From NCBI GenBank assembly GCA_964016885.1, contig OZ024740.1:175956001-176020000 (forward strand): a stretch of 64,000 nt of DNA, given 5' to 3'. The DNA is from Eledone cirrhosa (Eukaryota). This document shows, one piece after another, positions 11,643 to 25,100 of the stretch (position 1 is the first letter of the stretch; each line of letters starts with the position of its first letter). Position numbers and translations under genes: made by a program. The notes under the pieces are model-generated. The model saw nothing but the letters and a program-made list of their open reading frames with translations. It ran no database searches and had not been told where the DNA came from.

Positions 11643-13843
11643 GATTCATTCCAGTTCCAGTGCGTATGCGTGTATGAAAATTGCCTCTTCTATCCTTGCC
11701 TCCAGCTTTGCAATTATCAAAGTGTCAAAAGCATACGGAATGACAAACGAGGAAAGACAATGAATTTATGAGAAATGTGAAACAGTATGGTAGACAAACC
11801 TCAAAACCAGCACATAGCCAAAATCATTTAGATGACAACCATGGGAAATTTTATCTAAACCCACCATTACCAAGATAAATAGACAAAATTTTCAAAATAA
11901 TTATTAAAATGGCTTTAAATAAAAGAAGAATAGAAAAAGTATAACATTTTGAAAATTTTCGTTTAAATATTTTAAAATTTAATGAACATCAAGTGAAAGA
12001 AAAATATTTTGAATCTTCAAAGGTCGTCAAGATTCAGTTAGATTAGAAACGTGCGTGAGGGCAACCCTACTGTATTTCCTAGTGTTTTTAGGCAACGATG
12101 ATGAAGAAATTTAACTAGATTTGTAATATGTCAAGTGCAATGATATTTGCGTGAATGACAAGAACCATGATAAAACATAAACAACAGCATAGGCATACTG
12201 AGATGAAAGGAGAAAGTCATAAAATCGAAAGGGCGTGCTAGGGAAACGCCAAGGAAAGCAGAAAATCGATAAGAACGAGAAGTATGTGGAAATTCACGTT
12301 GACGAAGAACGAGAGGAAAACATGTAGAAATTTAGGTGTTTATTTAGAAGTAATATTTAACAGGATATGAATTTTACTATATTATGGCTACAGAAGATTA
12401 TTGTTGACACCTTCCTAATGTGCATGAGTTTTATATTATATGGAATGAAGAGATCAAGGTGTTTTAACGGTTAGTCCTGGGCTTGTATTTTCAGTCATTT
12501 AATATCTCATACAAGATAAGCTCCGGTTTGATGATCTTCTAAGTCTAAAGACAGGTTTAAACTTTTAAAGCCCGTAAGGGAAGGATAACACTCAATCCCC
12601 TTTAACTTTTCAGGGTCTCCAAAACTGGTGAGAGAAGGGGAGAAAGTTATCCTCAAGAGACTTGGCCCGAATGCCGATAAACCCCATTGCAGATTAAGGC
12701 TACACCCCAAGAACACAGAACGCAGAGGACTAGAACAAATACCGAAAGGCGTCACGTCTGACGTTCTGACAATTCCATCAATCCTGCACCCTGGATTACT
12801 ATTTTATTTCATCTACATCAGAAAGACGAAGCCGAAGTTGACTTCTGCGGAATCCCAACAAATACCATAAAGCATTCTGCCTAACGCTTTAATGTCTCTG
12901 CCAATTGGTCATCTATTGCTGTCTTTTGTTGTGCATTGAAACCAACATTCCATGATTAAAATACTTGGTAGACTTATCAGAGATTCTGTTATGAAAGTCC
13001 TGAGAAAACATATGAGATTGGGATGATTATAATTCCACTACTCGAAATATATTGTTATGATCTAGCGATTTAGTCAATATCTGTTTTACCGTCCCTCAAA
13101 CTTTCGACAGTAATTTGCAAAATTTGATGGACAGTATGTTGCATATTAAACTAATTCATATTGCTTTATAAGTGCTAATAATTGAAATATGTCACGAATA
13201 GTAAAGGTTATTGTTGCTGTTATTTTAATCCTTAGACAGGTTTTATCAAATAAACCTGTGTTCAAATGTGTTCCAACGGTGAACTATTCGTCTTTCATTT
13301 TCTTATGCATAGTGTATCAAGATCTAAATTATCCACCGTATATTTGCTTTACGAAGGTAGAGTGTGAAGCACTAACAGTGTTACTTTTTGGTGGATGTGC
13401 ATGGCAAATCTTGCATGGCTTCTTTCTTTCCTGTTAGAATGAAAGATAATATACTTTGGAATGTGCAATTATGCATTTAATGTCTATTCTGTTAGATACT
13501 GCAATAATCCCGTTTTACACTCACACATGCACACAAAAGGTACACAGACGTATAGATTACTGTATTACGATCTATTACGTATTCCAACCGACAGGCTGAG
13601 GCCATGCTGGGGCACTGCCATATATATATATGTGTGTGTGTGGGAAAGGTTTAGGGTGGGAAAGGTTACGTACATTGTAGGTTTCAATTGCTAATGTCCT
13701 TTGAAATACGCCCCTTGTGTCTCAACACACTTAGCCGAGTGATCCTTCCACTGTTCGAAGCACGGCTTGAATGCTTCTCACCTTTGCCGTCCCAGTCAAT
13801 ATTCTGTTCTTGCTAGAGCTTTTAAGTGGCCTCTTCAAAAATC

Positions 13844-14268
13844 AAGTGACATAGTCACTACTTTAAAACCGATAGCGTATGGTCTTCTAAATGTTTTTAA
13901 TTAAACATACGGTATATTGCCAAATATATTATACATACATTCATATATACATCGCTATTTCAGAGCACCAATCCTAATACCTAATTTTTGCTGGACCGGC
14001 AATCGCTCGGTATAATCAGCTCCTGATTATTACTGGAATTCTATAAGAATCCAGCTTCTATAATTTTCGGAGGAAGCAGGGAGTGCGTGGCTCTGCTAAT
14101 CGCCAAACAGCGTGAAACAGACTGTTAGCTTCTCTCCCTACTTTCGCCGAAAAGAAGTAAGTGAAATAGTCACTACTTTAAAACCGATAGCGTATGGTCT
14201 GCAAAATGTTTTTTAATTAAACCTACGGTATATTGCCAAATATACCATACATACATTCATATATATAT
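13844..14268 (+). repeat. Partial tandem: ~107-bp direct repeats (13844-13949, 14159-14268; period 315) enclosing a structured HHR-like segment
   Basis: aagtga.atagtcactactttaaaaccgatagcgtatggtct... occurs twice; agct-c-CTGATTA...GAAAC-agact-GTT-agct at 14018-14130. Confidence 0.75.
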
Positions 14269-17200
14269 GATTTATTTATTTACTGTATTTGTTTATTTCT
14301 GTCTATGATTTTTTGTCCATGATTGCCTGTGTTTATTTATGATTATGATTTTTTGTCTATGATTTTCCTGTGTATACTCTCTTCTTCTTACGTTATTTCT
14401 GTTTGATTTTCACTCCCCCGTCTCTGCCTACCTTTCGTACTCACCCCTTCGTCCCCACCCCATCACACACCTCCCTTCTCATTGCTCCCCCTGCTTTCAC
14501 TCCACGCCCACCTGAGATCCTTTCTCCACCAACTCCACATCCGCCTCAAACTTTTCCTCCCCCCTCCCCCCACCCTGCTATCTCCCCTCGGCCCTCCAAC
14601 TCTCCTACCTTCTCTTCGCCAAAACCCGGCACTCCAGCCACATCCATTTCCTCAGCAGCTGCCTCCACCTCCACCTTATCCCCCTTTTCCGACTACACTT
14701 CCACACCTCCCCCTCCGCTTCCCCCTCCACCTAACGTATCCTCACCCGATCCTCGCGCCTCCTAATGCGCAAATCCCTCCGCTCCTCCCGCTCCACCATC
14801 CGCAAACTTGACTACCAACTGATCCCCACCCTCCTCTGCCTTAACTCCGCCTGCCACCCCCTCCTCGCCCACTCCATCCTCCTCTTCATCCAAAACCACT
14901 CTTCTCCTTCCTCACCTCCACCAAAGCCCTTAAGCTACACTCACTCCTCCCTACCACCCCATCCACCACCCCTCCCATCCCTATGACCCCCCTACCCACT
15001 ACTCTCCACCCCTCCCTACCCAATCTCCACCCTCCATCTCACCCCTCACGGCACCCTCCCATCCTCCTTCACACACCCAAACCCCACCACTTGTTGTCAC
15101 CATACCCCTTGACCTCCCCCTTTCCGCACCTGAGCGCTCACTCCTCAGTAGAGACCTTCGCTTCATACCCCACACTCCGCACAGCGACGAGTTGCGCACC
15201 CGAACGGAAGTCGAGCGATTCGTGCAACGCACCAAACTACAGGCACATTTTCATCAAACGCCACCGGCTCCGAACGCCCCAGACCCTTTTCTCGCCCTGG
15301 GCCGACGACCATTGTCTTGGACGCCGGTCCCAAGTAATTTAGCACCCTGGACGCGTTAGTCGACGCCTACCGTAGCGCAGTAAATTGCTTCGACTTCCGC
15401 CACCGGTCCAAACGGCATAACATCTCACGGGGATAACTCCTCGCACTCCGTTCCCTCCGTAGCCGAAATGACATCGTCATCAAACCGGCGGACAAGGGAG
15501 GCGTCGTGGTGGTGTGGCGCGCTGACCTCTACACAGCTGAAGCCCTCAGGCAGCTCTGTAACCCCCTCTTCTACCGCCCTCTAACCTCCGACTGCACACG
15601 CCTCTACCAACAACAAGTTTCCTCCACCATCCTTGTCTCCTCCTCCCTCCTCCCCCCACCGCTTCCCACCTCATCGTCGGCACCCGCGAACCCCTACTAT
15701 CTACTTCCTCCCCAAACTCCACAAACCCGACAACCCCGGCCGCCCCATCGTCTCCGCTTGCAACTGCCCCACCGAACTCATTTCCGCCTTTCTTGACTCC
15801 ATCCTTGCCCCCCATCGTCACCGCCCTCCCTCCCACATCACCGACACCAACCACGCCCTTCGCCTATTCGACTCCTTCAGCTTCCCACCCGGCCCACAGC
15901 CCTTCCCCTTCCCCCTAGATATCAAGTCGCTTTATACTGTCATCCCCACCCCGACGGCCGACGTGCCCTCAAGCACTACCTCGACCTTGGCCCCCCTCAC
16001 CCTCCTTCGCCTCGCCGAGCTGGTCCTCACCCTCAACTGCTTCTCCTTCTCGGGTGAGTTTTACCAACAGGCCACGGGGTAGCCATGGGCACAAGAATGG
16101 GCCCAAACTATGCCAACCTTTTCGTTGGCCATGTTGAGGCCCAAATCTTTGCCCAGTACACCGGCCCCACGCCCGACCTGTACGGTCGTTACATCGACGA
16201 CTGTATCGGAGCCACGACCCTCACCCGAGAACAGCTCGACTCCTTTCTCTCCTTCTTCTGCTCCTTCCACCCCTGCCTCCACTTCAGCACTTCTATCCCC
16301 ACCACCCACGTCCACTTCTTAGACATCTCCGTCGCCATCGACCCCTCCCACCACTCCCTCGTCACCTCAGCCTTCTTCAAACCCACCGACTCCCACTCCT
16401 ACCTCGACTTCACCTCCTCCCACCCAACACACATTAAACACTCTATTCCCTACTCCCAACTCCTCAGGATCCGCCGCCTCTGCAGCCGAGATGCTGACTT
16501 TGAGTCCGAGGCCCTTTCCCTAGTCAGCCATTTCATCCGCAGAGGTTAACCCCCTCCCTCGTCCACACCGCCCTCACTCGCGCCCGTGCTGTCCACCGCT
16601 CCACCACACTCACGCCACGCCACCGCACACCCACCGTCTCCCCTTCGCCATCACCTACCACCCTCCCACCTACCTCTTCACCGCACCATCCTCCGCCTCT
16701 TCCAACACCTCCAGTGCAACCCTCCATCTCCCACGTCTTCTCATCCCCAACACTCCCCTCCTTCAAACGCGCACGCAATCTCCGCACCCTCCTCGTCCGC
16801 AGCTCCCCCCCACGACCCCCCCCCCCGGTTCCCTTCCTTGTTTCAGGCCTCGTTGCAAAACCTGCCCCCACATCACCATCACCACCACCTTCCAGGGTCC
16901 CAGCTACCACTCTCTCTCTGTCCGGCACGCCTTCCGCTGCACCTCCTCCGACATAGTCTGTGGACTTCGCTGCACGGAGTGCAGCGCAATCTACGTCGGA
17001 CAGACTGGACGTCGCCTGGCGGACCGTTTCACCCAACACCTCCGGGATATTCGTCTCAGTGGGTGTTCCCTCATCGCCCGCCACTTTGGTTCCCCTGGAC
17101 ATTCCGCACCCACTTCACAGTCTCTGGTCTACTCCAATGCCACGGAACACCCGCCACCCGCCTCAGGGTCGAACCACGCACCATCTTCACCCTACAGACC

Positions 17201-18712
17201 CACACTCCCCCCGGCCTGAACTCCCCACCCCTATTCCTTTAGCCTTCGACCACCCTGTTCCTGCCCCCAACACACATATCCCCCACTAACACCACTAACA
17301 CACTCCTCCTTTTCACCGCCCACCCCCTTGTCCCACCCCACAACTAACAATACGAACACCCCCACCACCCCCGACCACCCTCCCCAACTAACAATACTAA
17401 CATCCCCACCCCTCCCCCTATCATGCACACACCCACCGGTACATATATACACGCACTCACACTAACCACACACCCTACTACCACCACTAACCCTCACCCA
17501 CACATCCACTCCCACCACCCCACAACTAATATCACTAACATCCCCCCGACTCTACGCACGCGAACACGCACACCCACCCACACTCACTTACGCCACCCAC
17601 TCTACACACCCTACCACCACTGACCCCCACTAACACACCAGCATTTAACCCTTTCCCCACCACCTGTATACTAACATCCACTAACACCCCCTTCACCACA
17701 CGCACACACTCATCCAAACACGCACACACACACCAGTACACTACACTCCCTCCATCGTCCCCACACCTTTCTCTCTCTCTCCCCGTTCCACCCTCACCCA
17801 TTCACACACACACACATCCCACTAACACCTCTACTTTACACACCACACCACCCGCATGACCCCATCCCCACTCCACCTTTCAAACCTACCCATCCTCTCC
17901 CCTGTCGAGCGCACCTCCGCACACACTGACACACTGACTTTCTGCACCTGCCATTCTCCTCTACTGCTGCTATGCCTTGATCCTCTGACCACTTCTCCGC
18001 ACACACAGACACACGGCCCTCTACACCTGTCATTCTCCTCAACCCTCATCCTGCCTTGACCCTCTGACCACTTCCTGTTGCGCGCGCACCCCACATCTCC
18101 CCTCTTTCGACTATCACACCCTCTACAGAACTACCTTAGGAACTTACCCACGGACATACACTCACAAATTTTTTTTCGAACCACGCCATCTACATCCACA
18201 AAACGTATAAACACCACACACATGTGTGTACCTCCACACACCTTTTCCTGAACATGGCACCTCGTTCTTCCCCCAACACTCACATTCACATGCACACACA
18301 CACGCACACACACACACACATACACGTACACCTACACACATACAACGCCTTCACCCCTCTCCCTGCTCGGACACCCCGCCTCCCTCTCCCCACTCAACCC
18401 GCCACCATCCCTACACGCCCACACCCTTCCACCACTTGTTTATCTTCATGTTTATTTTTATTTTTATTTTTAATTTTTATTTGTACGCCTTCCACCGTTT
18501 TTCCTCCCTATCCTCACCCCCCCCCCACCTTTTTTTTTCTAAATGTCTCTCCTCCACTCCCCTACACACCCTCGGAACTCTCTTCCCACCCACTTTTCGG
18601 CTGAAGAAGGGCTTATGCCCGAATAATTCCCCCCCTCCCACACTCTTAAGAGCGTGAAACGAATAAACCTTTGTTCGTACTGCCTCTGTTTTGTTAACAT
18701 TCCATTTTTCAC
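14268..18712 (+). mobile_element. Near full-length Penelope-like retroelement (Neptune-type)
   Basis: C-rich; RT and GIY-YIG motifs; ~1.5-kb 3' region with HHR relic (18598-18624) and AATAAA; TA on both sides. Confidence 0.92.
14340..17242 (+). pseudogene. PLE RT-GIY-YIG polyprotein, multiply frameshifted
   Basis: DIVIKPADKGG, YFLPKLHKPDNPGRPIVS, LDIKSLYT, AMGTRMGPNYANLFVG, RYIDD (16187-16201), FKPTDSHSYL.F.SSHP, IYVGQTGRRLADRF (~16989), PPGLN. Start is approximate. Confidence 0.92.
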
Positions 18713-18815
<103 letters not shown>

Positions 18816-18823
18816 ATATATAA

Positions 18824-18990
18824 ATGAAGGGTGATACCCAGAAACATTAGTGTCTGCAGTTCTGTTTACATGCCAACACAAGAGCAAGGATGAGGGGCGC
18901 ATTCTACTGACATGGCTTTAAAAAAGAGGCTGTTTGCATAATTGCAAACGAATCGAATATTCTTATTAATATTTGAAAAACTCAGATTAC
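18824..18990 (+). repeat. 5'-truncated HHR/pLTR island, same family as 59455-59705
   Basis: ATGA-agggt-gat-accc-a-GAAAC-attagt-GTC-tgcagtt...aactcagattac aligns with 59547-59698. Confidence 0.8.
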
Positions 18991-19004
18991 ACACACACAC
19001 ACAC

Positions 19005-19038
<34 letters not shown>

Positions 19039-19040
<2 letters not shown>

Positions 19041-19574
19041 TCGTGTAGCACCCATCCACCATCTGAGTGAGTTTCTTGGTCAGTGTCCAAGTCTCAGACC
19101 CATACAGCAGCACAGACTCCACTACAGCAATGAAGAGGCGGATTTTCAGGTCTCTACGATCGTCCGACTTCCACACCGATCTCAAGCTGTGGCACGCCGC
19201 CCAGGCCTTGCTCTTCCTCTCAACCACATCATCTTCCGTATTCCCAATCCTGAGGATGGCTCTGAACATTAATCAGTATACACTGAGGATGAAAAACTCA
19301 GAGCTGTATGGGAGCATCCCAAAAGTCAGCTCAAAAGTGACACAGAGGAGACTGAGGTTAGCTGGACATGCTCACCGACATCCAGAGTTGACATTGCACT
19401 CAGTACTCCTTTGGGAGCCCCTACATGGACACACTAGAAGTGGAATACCAAGGTTAACGTATGTTGATGCCCACTGGTCTGTTGGAGATACAGGACATGG
19501 CAGCGATAATGAGGGACAGAGACCGCTGGAGAGAGCTCGTCCATGGATCTCGGGAATTTTACCCGCCTTAGATA
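19039..19574. mobile_element. RTE-clade LINE 3' fragment with inverted 5' half (19039-19246 minus, 19247-19574 plus)
   Basis: Minus strand: ..VESVLLYGSETWTLTK..DGCYTR. Plus strand: ILRMALNI..LYG.IPKVS..RRLRLAGH..H.E..VLLWEP.HG. Confidence 0.9.
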
Positions 19575-22500
19575 TATTTCTTTATTAGCCACTGGGGCAC
19601 AAAAGAAGGGGACAAATACAAAGGGGGAAGTTTACATACAATAAAAACGTGTAAAATGTTATCACAAATGGAATTTAAAAAGTTAGTCGATTTTCCCCAA
19701 TAGAGGGAGACAGTTTATATGGGTAACACATACCCCCGAAAAAAAATGTGCAACCCTCATCTCCAGGAGTACGAAGAGCTTGTACTCCTTTCCTCTCCTC
19801 CTCCTTTTCCTCAACCTACAGGCTGATATAGAGAGAAGGCCCATTCACTCGGGCCATTCTCGCCACTTTCACCCACCTTTCATAAAACTTGCTGGGGTAC
19901 AGCACCTCTCTCTCCATCCTGATTCTTCGTCCAAAGTGGTATTTGAAAAAAAGAATCAGTTGTTGGCCGGAGAGAAAGGTGTCTGACCTCAGCCCTTTCA
20001 ACCTTGTCCACCATACAACCTCTTTCGCCATAGCTATCACACAAAGGAAAACCGCCTCTCCTTCGTTTTTGAAGGAGGGTGGCGGTTTGATCATGACAAT
20101 GGACTCGGTGGTCAACTGGATTGGTCCCACCCGCGACAATAGTCGTTCTACATAGCCCCACAGGTCAGTGACGCCCGGGCAGTGTATGAATGCGTGCGCG
20201 ACGGTTTCTTCGTCTCGCACGCACCTCGGACAGATCTTTTTTGCAGGGTCCCTGCCCGGGCGCCCGTGTCTGTAGAGCTTGTCTCGAACTGGTAGAGCTC
20301 CTCGGTAGCACTGCCAGGCCAGGGACCTTTGGAAGTTGTCCATCGGTCTCGGGCGGAAGGTCCTACCGAACAGACTGGCCAGTTCATCCTCCTCTACGCC
20401 TAGAGTTTCACCGAGCGCGTCGTCGCACTTGCTGCGGACCAACCCTCTATAGAATGACGAAGTGGAGTCTCCACTGATCGCCGGGTCCGCCTGCCAGAGC
20501 GCTGTGAGCGCCTGAGCACATTCGATGTGCCAGTCGCCCATTTTCCTCGGTCTTTGCTTGACCCAGGACTGCAGCTCAGTCAGCGAGACGAGTCGTGGGA
20601 AGGCTCGCCTCACGAACGGGGCCCACACCGGTTGTCCGGTGAGGAATACGTAGAGATGCCGCAGCCTGAGCGCGTGTTTGCGCATCGTCAACCACGGCAT
20701 CCCCAGCCCTCCGTTAGAAGGGTGTTGGCAGCAGATGGATCTTCTCACCAAAGGAGCCCGCCTCTTCCAAAGGAATCGGAAGAGCGCGCGCTCCATTTTG
20801 GCGAGCGTTTTGGCTGGACAAGGCACGACGGTCAAGCGGTAGTAGATGGCGGACGCTATAAAAGTGTTCGCCACCTCCGCTCGACCTTTCAAGGATAGTT
20901 TGCACTCGGCCCACTTCTGGGTGAGTGCAAACACCTTGGCCGTCACTTCGTTCCAGTTCTTCTCCACCTGGAGGTCCGGACCAAACCAGACCCCGAGCAG
21001 CTTTACCTGTCCTTCCGTCCAGCGTCCGACGACGCCATCGGAAGGCATCGGTCTGCCTCTCCACGATCCGAGTTGCAAACCGATGGACTTGTCCCAGTTC
21101 AGCTTCGCTCCTGTGAGACTTTCGTATTCCTTTAGTAAGGTGCCGACTTCCTCGATTTGCGAGGCGCTCGACACCATTACTGTCACGTCGTCGGCGTAGG
21201 CCGACGCCGCTTTCCGCAGTCCCGGTTCCAGAGGGATGCCCTGCAATAGCTCCAGCTTCCGCAGTAGTGGCTCGAGAGTCAGTACGTACAGAAGGGAGGA
21301 GAGAGGGCATCCCTGTCGAATGGATCGCGTAATATGGAACGGCTCCGAGAGGTAGCCGTTCACCTTGACCCTTGAGCAGATGTTGCTGTTGTGCATTGCA
21401 GCAATCCAGCCCCTGAACACGGGTCCGAAGCCTGCCGCCTCGAGCACCGCATCCAGGTAACGATGGTCAACCCTATCGAAAGCCTTAGACTGATCCAAGT
21501 TGATCAGGGCCCCACCGAAGCCGTGTTTACACCCTACCCTCTCTATGATGTATCGCATGAGGTGGAGGTTGTCGTGTATGGACCTGGTCGGGATTGCGCA
21601 TGTCTGCGCTTCCCCCACCAGGTTCTCGACGACAAGCGCCAGCCTCTTTGCCAACACCTTTGCCAAAATCTGTAACTCTGTGTTTAGCAGAGTTATGGGC
21701 CGGAAGTTGCCTATGTCATCCCCCTTATTCTCGTCCTTCCTGATTAGTGTGACCACGCCCCTGGTTACAGAACTGGGAATTCTCCCGTTCTGTTGCCAGT
21801 TGCAGTAGACCGCTTCCAGGAGACCGGAGAATAAGTCCGGCATTGCTACGTAAAATTCGTAGGGTAGACCGTCGAGACCTGGAGATTTGCGTTTGCCGCA
21901 TTGGCTCAGCGCGTCCCCTATCTCAGTGGTTGAAATCGGCTTTTCGCAGAACTTTGCCTCGCTGTCCGAGAGTCGCGGTAGGCCGTCGAGGTATGGACCG
22001 AAATCCATAGCCTCTCCCGGCGCGCCGCTCCCGCCGAACAGCCGAGCAAAGTGCCACTGAAAAGCCGCACACATCTGCTTCGGCTCACGTATCACGCGTC
22101 CGTTTTGCTCCTTCAAAGACCGAATCGTGGACTTGTTGCCACTTTTTGCCTCTGTCACTCGGGCTCAGCTAACAGCTTTGGCTCCCTCGTTTCCCAGAGC
22201 ACGTATTTTGCTTCTGACAACGCAGCCCTCGTGCTTTGCGTCGAAGAACTGGTCCAAGGCCGTTCTCGTTGCTAGCACGCTGGCTACGTTGCCACTTCTA
22301 ATTGCCTCTTCTACTTTATCTACCAGTTCCTTCTCGGTTCTATTTCTATCTAACGCTAATTCTTTACTAAAAACTATCGAGTCTAATCTAACTGCCCTCT
22401 TGAGAGAGTACCACCATCTGTTGTTGACAATGGCCCCTGTCAAGTGCTGTTTAACTAAAGTGCTAATCCGTCTACTGTAGGCTTTGCTTGTCGGTAACGA

Positions 22501-23517
22501 CAAGTTCAGCTTCCAGTAGCCGGGTCCGTGCGGGTCACTAGTTTGTGATCTGAATAGGCAACCATGAACATTTGTGGACAGCTTAACATGTCCCTATCCT
22601 TATTTCTAACTAGAACCCTATCTAGGTACGATCTAGATGTTCCGCTACGATTACTCCACGTCCACATTGGCGCAGTCGGAAAATCTAGTCGATATCTATC
22701 GGCCAGGTCAAATCGGTCGATTAACTGTTTGAGTCTGTTACACCCCCCTTTATCGGGACATGCTCCCACATAGTCCCAACGTGCAACTAGGATTCCATTC
22801 CAGTCCCCCACTAAAAGCAAGGAGCGGGACGTTCCCAGAAAAGTCTCTAGACGTTTGAAGAAGTCTGGCCGCGGTGTCCCGGATGGGGCATATGCGGCCA
22901 CCAGCCTGAAGGCTCCACCTTCACTACCGTCAACGTCTAGCACCACCAGTCGACCCTCCGGGTCCAGATGTACTGTCTGTGTTACGAGGCCCAGGTGTTT
23001 CCGCAGCAAAACGGCAACTCCGCCCCCTCCCCCCGGTTGACAGAGAGATGCGTAGATCTCAAAGTCATCGAAGATGGGGGCCAGCTGTCGCTCGCCGTGG
23101 ATCCTGGACTCGCAAATGGCTACCACATCCATACTGTGCGACCTGAGGTCGTTTAAGAGTTTGCCCTGTTTCCAGGGCATCCCCAGGCCGCGTACGTTCA
23201 CACATCCAACTCTTATATTGGCCATGTTGGTGCTGAAAAGTTAAAAGAGGAAAAGAGATCACTCACCCTTCGCCTCCTGGGGACCAGGCCGCACGATTTC
23301 CATGGGGGTGTTGGAGGGGTTGTCTGGATGGGTGGTGGTTTCCGGCGGGGTGGGGATGCAGATGTTTGGTGGGGTGGGGTCTGGTGGGATGGGGGTGTCT
23401 GGGTGGGGAGGCATTTGAGAAGGACGCGGTTGAGTGGTTTCACGCAGGAATTCCCCACATCCTTCTCAAATGTTTCTTTTAGGGACCTATAAGTTTGTAT
23501 AGGGACCCTAATCAGTT
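19575..23517 (-). mobile_element. Tx1-clade (L1-like) LINE, 5'-truncated within ORF1
   Basis: APE-RT-CCHC ORF2; 3'UTR ends aataaagaaatata; candidate TSD TTAGATA at 19568-19574 and 23518-23524. Confidence 0.92.
19816..23225 (-). pseudogene. Tx1 ORF2 (APE endonuclease + RT + zinc knuckle) with one frameshift (~22530) and one in-frame TGA (22165-22167)
   Basis: NVRGL, CES, LLVGDWN, SYLDRV, SDHK, PGYWKLN, KSPGLDGLPYEFY, NFRPITLLN, LDQSKAFDRVDH, RQGCPLS, AYADD, CPRC..ET..H.F..C. Confidence 0.95.
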
Positions 23518-23723
23518 TTAGATAGATAGATAGATATATATATAAATGTGTGTGTGTGTCGCTGGAACGTGCGCGTCTTCGACTATAGTTTGCTAATTTG
23601 TTGTGGAAATGAACTAACTCTATACAGAACACGTCCTTTGCACTGAGTGTTCTACCATTTACGGATATAAACTCCCGGGTTTTTTATCACTATATATATG
23701 TGTGTATATATATGTGTGTGTGT

Positions 23724-23774
<51 letters not shown>

Positions 23775-23833
23775 GAGTACGTGTGTGTACACACATATAT
23801 ATATAATATGTATGTGTATGCGGAGCGTGTATA

Positions 23834-23869
<36 letters not shown>

Positions 23870-24345
23870 CGTGCTTATCATATACAAATGATTATTCAAT
23901 TATACCACCTTATGTTAGAAATGATGCGAAGGAAGAAAGACGCAGGGGTAAAAAATCCATTTAAATTCAAATCAAATCAATTTAAAAAAAAAAACGATGT
24001 ATTATTTTTTCTGAACCCACACACATACACACATTCATACACAGAGTCACACACACAGACACACAGATACAGGCATATAACCAAAAAACAGTTAAGGAAC
24101 TAAACAATTTTTTTTCCTTTCTATTTACATAAAAACTTTCAGTGAAATTTCACTTCTCTTATCAATATTTATGTATGTATCTATCCTATAATGTGACAAG
24201 AAAAAATTTGTTTCAAAAATATTTCACTTCTATGATAATACATATCAGCAACAGTTACACCTGTCATAGTTTATGTGTAGCAGAAGTTTACTACGATATA
24301 TAAAAGATATTATTTCTGCAATACAACTTATATAACGTCATATTT

Positions 24346-24513
24346 GAGGGTCGGACGCCATGCTTTGAAGCATATAGTTACCTCCTGTATGATCTGAGTT
24401 CAAATCCCGCCGAGGTTAACTTTGCCTTTCATCCTTACGGGGTCGATAAAATAAAGTACCAGTAATGCACTGGAATAATTGCTGGCATTGTGCCAAAAGT
24501 AGAAACAATTATT
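24346..24513 (+). mobile_element. tRNA-derived SINE (family B, Deu/Nin-like core)
   Basis: B-box gagttcaaatccc; core gaggttaactttgcctttcatccttacggggtcgataaaataaagtaccag; tail gaaacaattatt. Confidence 0.85.
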
Positions 24514-24699
24514 TAAATACTAGCGAGTAGGGGAAAGCACACACGATAAGACTGCCAGTTGCACAAAGCTGAACGTAAGTAGATCTAGAATAATCGAAAG
24601 GTATCCACGAATTCAAGCAAACGTAGCTCATAAAGCCACATACGATCTTACACTCTTGACTCCAACCGCTTAACGAAAATAAATCACATTCGATGTTCT

Positions 24700-25100
24700 A
24701 AACTGCTTTCCTACTTGCTTAATGGAACAACCGCCCACCTGCCATAATTACAGATATGTGGATGATGAACGTATTCGGGCTTATCGAATTGCATATATTC
24801 TGTTAAATAATTTGCAGCGACAACGACCTCATTACGTAACTTGCCATGTACCCACATACTCATTGTAACCACCCAAATTCTGCCTGAATTATACCTCCAG
24901 CGAAGCCAATCCAATATATAGATATCCACCAAAATATACCATAAGCTCTAAAACCAGAATCTACACCAACCAAATCTAAATCCAAATCCAAATTCTAGAA
25001 GCACTGATCAACTTTATCTAAAACAGTATCCTGTTTAACGAACCGAAACTCCTGCAATCCCTCATTAAGTACATCTAAACATCTATCCTACATATTGAAG
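24700..25100 (+). pseudogene. Highly decayed PLE RT fragment
   Basis: Motif relics in the expected order: YRYVDD (~24747), IQYIDI, TKIYHK, KQY, NSCNP. Confidence 0.45.

Noticed and set aside
13230-13450. Minus-strand acceptor (ctttcattctaacag) and putative exon
   Set aside because: Only short frames, with no homology I recognise.
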